IMG/VR virus record: IMGVR_UViG_3300030419_001717
Span: 6,373-70,372 of that record
Source of the DNA: a virus
Direction: 5' to 3' (one strand)
DNA: 64,000 bases
Position numbers and translations under genes: made by a program. Below, piece by piece: positions 57,096 through 64,000 of the stretch; position 1 is the stretch's first letter; every line of letters starts with the position of its first letter. The notes beneath the pieces were generated by a model, which was given only the letters and a program-made list of their open reading frames with translations, was not told the origin of the DNA and made no database searches.

Positions 57096-57809
57096 TCAGA
57101 AATCACTCATGTTAGTGAGTGTGTAGTTGAACTCGGTTCCTATTGAGAACCTTGCTGCTTGGTTGGTTGCTAGTTCCAACGATTCCTCTGTAACACCATC
57201 TGCATTAAGTGTTACTGTATAATTTTTTAATACTAAATTTGGCAAAGTCATTGTTTCTGTGGTTCCATCTGTTGCTGAACCTGATTTCATAACTATTGCT
57301 ACACGATAACCATATCCACATTGTGTGGCTGAACCACCATGTGCTCTAACATCTTTTGGATTTTGTAATCCTGCGCCGATACTAGAGGAGTTGCTTCCGT
57401 GACCGAATCTTGCTCCACCTTTTTGGCTTGTGACTTCCATATAACTGGAATTAATAGGACCATTATATATAACGTCCCAACAGTTATTGGATTTCTTTCG
57501 TGTAAGGGTTACTGTCATCTCTTTTTTAATTTCTACAGTTCCAGTACCCATCTGGCCTACATAGGTGATGTCCTCATCCATCGCTCCTATGCTTACGTCT
57601 ACACCTGTTATATCTGCTTGTCTGTCAAAATCTGCCAAGGTATTACTTGCAGAACTGCCAGATGCCATTGCCGTAGCAAATGTTTGTGATAAAGTTGCAG
57701 CCCCATTTACGACCTCGCTTCCACTAGTACCTATTGTGGCATTAGCATTGGTCTCTTGTGTTTCTGCAAAGATGTATACATCTACGTCTCTTCCTAGGAA
57801 ATATACCAT
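57096..57809 (-). CDS. Tail tube protein paralog 1
   Basis: MVYFLGRDV...TGVDVSIGAMDEDI...NADGVTEESLEL; own TATA near 57880-57892. Confidence 0.72.
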   Translation of the reverse strand: MVYFLGRDVDVYIFAETQETNANATIGTSGSEVVNGAATLSQTFATAMASGSSASNTLADFDRQADITGVDVSIGAMDEDITYVGQMGTGTVEIKKEMTVTLTRKKSNNCWDVIYNGPINSSYMEVTSQKGGARFGHGSNSSSIGAGLQNPKDVRAHGGSATQCGYGYRVAIVMKSGSATDGTTETMTLPNLVLKNYTVTLNADGVTEESLELATNQAARFSIGTEFNYTLTNMSDF

Positions 57810-57900
57810 TTTTATTTTCTCCTTTTTCTATTGTTGTCTAGACACGCTACACTTCATTACTTTTTTATAAGAAGTCACAGTATATAAAGGTTATGCTTGA

Positions 57901-59907
57901 TTAACCCTGACTTCTAAGCCATGAATTGTATTTACTGGAAAATTCACCTTTTTTTCCATATTGAGTTCTTAAAGATTTACCACGTTTACCTAATTTCATA
58001 ACAGGTCTTTTTAATGACCGCCATTTAGGTTCACCTTTCTGGTCGCGTTTGTATCCTGCTTGGTCAATCTTCATCCCCCTTCTATCAACTCCTTCACGAA
58101 CTTGAGCTGCTTTTGCAGGATTAAGTGTTATATTATACTGAGGTTTAGCTGCTCCAAATAGCTTTACATATTCTTTAGTTCCTAATAAAAAGGGAGAAAC
58201 ACCTAAATCTTTACCACTCCTACCATCTCCATCATTCCATGTTCTATCATCGTCAGGCCAAATACCTCCAGTAGAATAATCATTTAATATTTCTCCAAAG
58301 AGTTCTCCACCTTGAACACCAGCGCTTAATTTCCATGCTTTAGTAGCATTGTTAGCTACTTCTAACATCTTATTAAATAAGTCAGCGTGGGGCCCAGTAT
58401 AAGAAGGGTCTTTCGCTTGTAATTTAATTTGTTCCAATAGTGATTTAGCTATATCTGCACCAGCTATTTGAGTGATAGGACCTACAAATCCTTTTTTCTC
58501 TGCTGGTGGTATTAGTTCTATATTTAATTCGGGTTGTGTTATCTGGTCAACCATTCCATGTACCCATAGTTCATGAGCTCCCATCCTTGCTTCTGATTTA
58601 ACCCATTCATCTAAAGCCATAGAACGTGTTAAGTCGTAAAATTCTTGAGCTGATAAATTTCCCCCATGAGCTGTTGTTGCTGCATATTCAGCTACAATAA
58701 CACCATCAGAAGCAACTCCAGCTTGTCCACTGTCATGAAACGATGCAGACCAGTCAAACCCAATATCTCCATTTGGAGTAATAATAGGTGTACCTAAAAT
58801 AGCTACCCACCACCCTGTATCTCCAAGAGGTTGTTGTTCTAAAAATGAAGGCATTTCGTCATATCCTCCGGCGACGTATTCTTGAAACGCTAAGTTCCAT
58901 ACGTTTAGCATGTGATTAGCTACAAAAGGACCATTCTGAGCAGAACCTGCGCCTCCTCCTTGTACCCCAGCTGCCCCGTACATTCTATTTAAATCTGCTA
59001 TAATTTTATCAGTTTCAGCTGAACTATAATCTCCTGCTGCCTTTAATGTTTTAAAACCAGTTGCTATGTCAGCTAAATGAGAATTTAATTGTTGCATAGT
59101 AGACTCGAAGTTTTGTTTCCATGATTTTATTACTCCTGCCATTTTTTCCTCATCGATGGTACCATCTTCATTTCTATATTTTTTATTGTAGGTAACACCA
59201 GCCTTAATTTGGTTAGCAATCCATTTTTTCTTATCTGATTCAGTAACATCCATAAATTTAACATTATTAAGTTTGCCTTTCCACAGCGCCAACTCTGCCT
59301 CACTCAAATCTCCTTTAACAACTTCTGTAAAAACTTTTATTATTGCTCTGTGAGCTTCTGAATTAGCGATTATATCTGCTGGCTGAGCTGTCCTTCCTCC
59401 ATGAGATAAACTTACAACATTCTCTATCACTGTTGGTGCAGCTATACCTTCTAATCTATCAGCTAAATCTGCACCCATAAAATCTAATTGAAGCTCAGCA
59501 GCAGTAGGTGCTGATATACCTGATTGAGTTGGGTGACTTCCTTCAATTTTCATAGCGAGTTCTTCAGCTAGTGTTATATTACCTTGGTCTAATGCAGTTT
59601 TTAATGAATTATTAGTTGATGCACTTTGTTCTACTGCTTGAGCATTTGGTCCATTTTTTAATTGTGATAAAAAGGGTTCTATGTTTGCCTCTTTATAATC
59701 TGCCTGTAGGTCCATGTCTTCAGGTGCCATATATTCACCATCATAATCTCCTCCTCCTCTTACAGCTTTTAAGCCTATCCCTCTTACAGAGGAAAGATAG
59801 GGAGATACTCCAGCAGTAATGGTTCTATATACTTCTTGTTCTACAAAAGTTTCTTCTTGATAAGAACCATAAGTGTCAAATCTAATTGCCGATGCTGGCG
59901 TGCCCAT
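57901..59907 (-). CDS. Large hypothetical virion-module protein
   Basis: 668 aa with a basic C-terminus; no motif recognised. Confidence 0.7.
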   Translation of the reverse strand: MGTPASAIRFDTYGSYQEETFVEQEVYRTITAGVSPYLSSVRGIGLKAVRGGGDYDGEYMAPEDMDLQADYKEANIEPFLSQLKNGPNAQAVEQSASTNNSLKTALDQGNITLAEELAMKIEGSHPTQSGISAPTAAELQLDFMGADLADRLEGIAAPTVIENVVSLSHGGRTAQPADIIANSEAHRAIIKVFTEVVKGDLSEAELALWKGKLNNVKFMDVTESDKKKWIANQIKAGVTYNKKYRNEDGTIDEEKMAGVIKSWKQNFESTMQQLNSHLADIATGFKTLKAAGDYSSAETDKIIADLNRMYGAAGVQGGGAGSAQNGPFVANHMLNVWNLAFQEYVAGGYDEMPSFLEQQPLGDTGWWVAILGTPIITPNGDIGFDWSASFHDSGQAGVASDGVIVAEYAATTAHGGNLSAQEFYDLTRSMALDEWVKSEARMGAHELWVHGMVDQITQPELNIELIPPAEKKGFVGPITQIAGADIAKSLLEQIKLQAKDPSYTGPHADLFNKMLEVANNATKAWKLSAGVQGGELFGEILNDYSTGGIWPDDDRTWNDGDGRSGKDLGVSPFLLGTKEYVKLFGAAKPQYNITLNPAKAAQVREGVDRRGMKIDQAGYKRDQKGEPKWRSLKRPVMKLGKRGKSLRTQYGKKGEFSSKYNSWLRSQG

Positions 59908-59913
59908 TTATAC

Positions 59914-60432
59914 CTATGGGGGCCTATCGTTCTTAAATGTAACTATCATACTGGCCATAGCTGCCCATATTTCTAAATCAGGGTTATAACCCATATCTTG
60001 AAATCCAGTATAATGTCTTTCTTCTACTTCAGTATCTGTTGAAGTAAAATCTGCGTCCATAACAATATTAGCCGTAGCTAACATCAAATAATTTAATAAT
60101 CTTCTTTGTTTGTAACCCACGCTATTTACTGTGACAGTTGAATCGCGGTCTACAACGATATGAAATCTAAAAGAAACTCCATATAACTCTCCTATCTCTC
60201 CGCTACCCATAGCTTGTCCCATAAATTGTGTTTCTATACCATTGGCTGTCATTTCTACAATAATACAAGGATACTTGACATCTTCTGTTTCGGGGAATTG
60301 TCCAAATACGGTTACATCTCCACTAGACCAAGCAGTAGCTGTACTGCCTCGACTGCCTGAAGTATATGTACCTGTACGGAGATTGTCAATAAGTTTACGT
60401 TCTATAACGTTAAGGTGGTCAGGTTGTGCCAT
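59914..60432 (-). CDS. Tail terminator-like protein
   Basis: Position; FP....KYPCIIV pattern. Confidence 0.55.
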   Translation of the reverse strand: MAQPDHLNVIERKLIDNLRTGTYTSGSRGSTATAWSSGDVTVFGQFPETEDVKYPCIIVEMTANGIETQFMGQAMGSGEIGELYGVSFRFHIVVDRDSTVTVNSVGYKQRRLLNYLMLATANIVMDADFTSTDTEVEERHYTGFQDMGYNPDLEIWAAMASMIVTFKNDRPP

Positions 60433-61421
60433 TAACGAGCCCTCCTGTTCTTATCAGATTTACCACGTATTCTTACGCATTCATAAATAACATAATCGTC
60501 ATTGTAATCTCGGACAGCCTGAACCATCCATCTTATAGATTTATAATATTTAATATCTCTTACCATAACTTTGTTTCCGCTTGCAGCTCCTGAAACCTCT
60601 AATTCAAAATCTCTAAAGTCGGCTTCATAATTAAAACTTGACCCAGAGGTGATAGTTACAGCATAACGTGTTCCATTCAAGTATATAGAAGAACCACTAG
60701 TTACGCTTCCTGTAATAAATGGTACGTCTACTGTAAGCCAACTACCAGTAGGTATGCTTAATGAAGCAGGAGTATAAGTAATAGCATAAGCGCTATTTTG
60801 CGTTGCTCCATTATAGCTCTTTATATTAGTAAGCGCTATATTGCTAGCTCCACTAGCCTTTATCTGGAACTGTATTCGGTCTGTTTCTAAGGTATTAGTA
60901 GCTCCAGTAGTATAATGAATAGTGCCATTATAATCAGTGCCTAATGTAGCTGTAATAGTTTGCCCGTCAGACGCAAATGTAGCATCAGCAGAGCCAGAGG
61001 TCCATCCAGTAGTAGCATTAGTAGGAACTGTATAGATATAACGGTTTACATCTATAAGTCTATCCCATCCCTCTATCTCATTAAATTGAGCGTCATTAGC
61101 TTGATTGAAATTAGCGAAACCTTTAATAGTAGCTAAATTAGGTGTGTATATTCTTGCTGCACCTACAATATTATGTCCAGACCTTTGTAATTGATAGTCC
61201 GAAGTAACGCTAGGGCGTATTAGAGCTGGTAAGTCTGGTATAACCATCTCTGCTCCACTTGTTGCTATAGTAGTAGTTTCAACACCATATCCATCTGTAG
61301 TAAACTGAGGAGGTCTATAGAATACAACTTTTCTACTCTGATTGGTATGATAGCGCATATTCCTGAGAATACGGCCCATATTAATAGAGCCCGGTCTTAT
61401 ACCTTGATTACTAAGAGTCAT
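60432..61421 (-). CDS. Head-closure-like protein with an inserted beta domain
   Basis: Position after the adaptor; S/T/G-rich central insert. Confidence 0.5.
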   Translation of the reverse strand: MTLSNQGIRPGSINMGRILRNMRYHTNQSRKVVFYRPPQFTTDGYGVETTTIATSGAEMVIPDLPALIRPSVTSDYQLQRSGHNIVGAARIYTPNLATIKGFANFNQANDAQFNEIEGWDRLIDVNRYIYTVPTNATTGWTSGSADATFASDGQTITATLGTDYNGTIHYTTGATNTLETDRIQFQIKASGASNIALTNIKSYNGATQNSAYAITYTPASLSIPTGSWLTVDVPFITGSVTSGSSIYLNGTRYAVTITSGSSFNYEADFRDFELEVSGAASGNKVMVRDIKYYKSIRWMVQAVRDYNDDYVIYECVRIRGKSDKNRRAR

Positions 61422-61875
61422 ACTGTACCCCCCTCACAGGAGGATACATGGTTTTTGTAGCATTAACTCCAGTGATGTTCTCATCCCAGTTGACACGTCC
61501 AAGGTATGGAGCAGCGTTGTATGAAGTACGTTTAATACTTAATCCAAGTTTCATTACTAACATTTGGTTTGCTAATGTTGCCCATACTTCGTATTCCGAG
61601 GTATCATAGTAAATTTGTAAATCACCTACTGCTATTCTATCAATTCCCACTCCGTTTGCTGCTAAACAGGCAAGATAACAAGTATAATATATAACTGCAT
61701 TATCATACGTATTATCTGAATCAAGGGTAAAGGTAGTGCCTGTATTCTCTTGGAACCATTCGGCTGACATATTGGCTAAAATATCTAATGTATCGTTATC
61801 GAGTTCTTGTTGTTCAATACCGGCAAGTAATCTAACTCGATTTCTAAAGGTTGCGTCCCAAGTAAAGCTTTCCAT
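61411..61875 (-). CDS. Head-tail adaptor-like protein
   Basis: Start MESFTW after GAGGT; RVRLLAG...ELD.D.L and I.VGDL.I.Y patterns. Confidence 0.6.
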   Translation of the reverse strand: MESFTWDATFRNRVRLLAGIEQQELDNDTLDILANMSAEWFQENTGTTFTLDSDNTYDNAVIYYTCYLACLAANGVGIDRIAVGDLQIYYDTSEYEVWATLANQMLVMKLGLSIKRTSYNAAPYLGRVNWDENITGVNATKTMYPPVRGVQYDS

Positions 61876-62084
61876 TATATATACCTCATTGCGCCTATAA
61901 CTCCGGCCATTAGGGTGGCAAGAATGCCTAATCCCCAACGAAGTTGACTATTCATCTGGTTTTCCCACATTTCATGATGTGCTAAGTGGTTGGTGAAAAG
62001 AGTTTCAAAATCATCCATCTTGTTATAGATAGTCTTTATCCTTTCGTCCATACGAATTAACAATTCATCTTTATCAGAAGGCAT
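61875..62084 (-). CDS. Coiled coil plus C-terminal TM protein
   Basis: LLIRMDER...RWGLGILATLMAGVIGA; holin/XhlA-like architecture. Confidence 0.6.
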   Translation of the reverse strand: MPSDKDELLIRMDERIKTIYNKMDDFETLFTNHLAHHEMWENQMNSQLRWGLGILATLMAGVIGAMRYI

Positions 62085-62093
62085 CTAATATCT

Positions 62094-62264
62094 TTATGCG
62101 TCTACCACTAAGGCGTATGCGTATTTATTGCCTACTTTATGAACACTCAATAAACGTATAGTTTTTGTGTTAGTTATGGTTTCTAGCTTTGTTTCTAATA
62201 ATGCTAGAACTGCTGATAAAGTGTCTGCACTTTCTGTGAAATCATCTACTGCGTAATTTGCCAT
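62094..62264 (-). CDS. 56-aa hypothetical protein
   Basis: AGGTGA SD, TATA near 62320-62330; MANYAVDDF... Confidence 0.65.
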   Translation of the reverse strand: MANYAVDDFTESADTLSAVLALLETKLETITNTKTIRLLSVHKVGNKYAYALVVDA

Positions 62265-62337
62265 TTTTAGTCACCTTGCTGTTGCCGGACAGCGTATATA
62301 AATTCTTTAGTTCGTTTGAGTATATAAAGTTATCGTT

Positions 62338-64000
62338 CTATGGAGACCAAGATGGCCATGCACGAGTGGCTCCGCCTACAGATGCAGATAAATATCCATC
62401 TGCCACACCTACAGTTGCCATGTCATGCATCTCTACTGGAGCTCCTGAGGTTACATATATTACTGGTGCTGCACCCATTAATGGTGAACCACCAGAAGCA
62501 TTGTGGGAAATGGTTGTACCACCACCACCACCACCTGATGGACCAGTTGTTCCTTGAGTACCTTGATTACCTTGCGCACCTGTACCTCCTCCTGAACCAG
62601 TATTTCCTTGTTTACCTTGAGTTCCTTGACTACCTGAACCTGTACTTCCTTGAGTTCCTTGAGCACCTGTACTACCAGTCGAACCTGTAGACCCAGTATT
62701 CCCTTGAATACCTTGTTTACCCTGTGTTCCTTGGTCACCTACACGACCCTGTGTTCCTTGACGGCCTTGTGTTCCTTGAGAACCACCTCCACCACCGCCA
62801 CCATCAGAACCTTGTGTACCTTGTTGACCTTGTTTACCTTGAGTACCTTGAGGTCCTGTTGAACCAATAGGACCACGAGTTCCCTGTGTTCCTTGAGCAC
62901 CTGTATTACCAGTACTTCCAGTGTTTCCCTGTTTACCTTGTGTACCTTGAGTACCTAAGTCACCTGTGATAGCATATTCTACTGTAATTCTTTCACCGTT
63001 ACTAAATGGTGGATTACCTGAACCCACTAATGGAACAACCTCTATTCTGAAATAACCTGTTTGTTCAGAAATTCCTGTTACATGAAATGAAGCAAATGAT
63101 GTATCGCTACCGTCAGCAGATTGTATAATTAAAGTACCTTTAATGGTACTTGTAGAGTCATCCCACGTTCGCATCCATGCTTGTTGGTCATTACCATCTT
63201 CATCATCGTCGTCAATCATTATTCTGCCAATACTACTGAAAGTGGCGTTGTTAAATCTAATGTCCCCTGCACCGGGGTCTGAATCAGTAGTAGAAGTATC
63301 GAAAGTCCATGGCGTTCCACCTCTATAACCTGTAGTACCTAAAGTTCCTTGTCTACCTTGAGAACCTTGAGTACCACCTCCACCTCCACCACCGGTAGTT
63401 CCCTGCTTACCTTGTGTTCCTTGGTCACCTACACGACCTTGAGTTCCTTGACGACCTTGAGTCCCTTGTCCACCTGTACCACCAGTAGAACCAGTAGTTC
63501 CTTGAGTACCTTGAGAACCTGTAGTTCCTTGTTTACCTTGTGTTCCTTGACTACCAGTTGAACCTGTGTCACCTTTATTTCCTTGATTACCGGTTGTTCC
63601 CTGTTTTCCCTGTGTTCCTTGTGCACCAGTGCCACCATCATCACCATCAGTTCCTTGACTACCTGTTGTTCCCTGTTTACCTTGTGTACCTTGAGTACCT
63701 TGACGACCTTGTGTTCCTTGAGAACCACCTCCACCGCCACCACCAGTATTACCTTGAATACCTTGTTTACCTTGAGTACCTTGAGCACCGGTACTTCCTT
63801 GAGTTCCTTGACTACCGGTTGTTCCCTGTTTACCTTGTGTTCCTTGACTACCAGTTGTACCTGTACTTCCTTGTGTACCTTGACCACCAGTAGTTCCTTG
63901 ACGACCTTGAGTTCCTTGAGCGCCTGTTGTACCTGTCGTTCCTTGTGTACCTTGCGCACCTGTATTACCAGTTGTTCCTTGTTTTCCCTGAGTACCTTGA
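62338..64000 (-). CDS. Collagen-like fibre protein (runs off the right edge)
   Basis: The frame reads as open upstream of 63219; long G-T-Q/G-K-Q/G-S-T triplet runs interrupted by a globular domain (DPGAGDIRFNN) and poly-Gly hinges. Confidence 0.9.
   Translation of the reverse strand, partial: QGTQGKQGTTGNTGAQGTQGTTGTTGAQGTQGRQGTTGGQGTQGSTGTTGSQGTQGKQGTTGSQGTQGSTGAQGTQGKQGIQGNTGGGGGGGSQGTQGRQGTQGTQGKQGTTGSQGTDGDDGGTGAQGTQGKQGTTGNQGNKGDTGSTGSQGTQGKQGTTGSQGTQGTTGSTGGTGGQGTQGRQGTQGRVGDQGTQGKQGTTGGGGGGGTQGSQGRQGTLGTTGYRGGTPWTFDTSTTDSDPGAGDIRFNNATFSSIGRIMIDDDDEDGNDQQAWMRTWDDSTSTIKGTLIIQSADGSDTSFASFHVTGISEQTGYFRIEVVPLVGSGNPPFSNGERITVEYAITGDLGTQGTQGKQGNTGSTGNTGAQGTQGTRGPIGSTGPQGTQGKQGQQGTQGSDGGGGGGGSQGTQGRQGTQGRVGDQGTQGKQGIQGNTGSTGSTGSTGAQGTQGSTGSGSQGTQGKQGNTGSGGGTGAQGNQGTQGTTGPSGGGGGGTTISHNASGGSPLMGAAPVIYVTSGAPVEMHDMATVGVADGYLSASVGGATRAWPSWSP

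Noticed and set aside
62340-63959. Alternative-frame ORFs rich in VKEHKV or LEYL
   Set aside because: By-products of the collagen triplet repeat.
1-64000. Stop-codon reassignment or prophage/host junction
   Set aside because: Genes are intact in the standard code, the tRNA is not a suppressor, and no integrase or host housekeeping block is present.

Overview
The window is a large part of a tailed dsDNA virus genome (Caudoviricetes, probably siphovirus-like) with an archaeal host. Evidence for the archaeal host: TATA-box promoters (CTTTAWATA), aIF-1A, archaeal-type PolB and primase, ATP-dependent ligase, Hsp20 and many CxxC microproteins. A GCxD-repeat surface protein and the gene set suggest a marine Poseidoniales (MGII) virus of the magrovirus type; that assignment is inference. 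Layout: (1) 1-12354, minus strand: terminase, small basic/acidic proteins, a Cas4-like nuclease and a glycan-modification cluster. (2) about 12400-17580: a largely non-coding early/control region with repeated multi-TATA promoter modules, microgenes, tRNA-Glu, two candidate large structured RNAs and an iteron-like AT-rich segment. (3) 17585-42336, plus strand: early/replication/metabolism genes (MoxR-VWA, UV glycosylase, a third candidate large RNA, ligase, resolvase, phytoene-synthase-like protein, WYL, Hsp20, helicase-like ATPase, aIF-1A, MazG, PolB, Sm-like protein, GT4, primase, class II RNR). (4) 42337-64000, minus strand: tail/neck module with tape measure, frameshifted tail chaperones, duplicated tail tubes and a collagen-like fibre. 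The most striking unexplained signal is three ORF-free, densely base-paired RNA candidates of about 380-570 nt. One has a tRNA-like domain, one follows an anti-Shine-Dalgarno hairpin, and they occur alongside putative RNA-binding proteins. All assignments come from reading motifs by eye; no database search or folding program was run.
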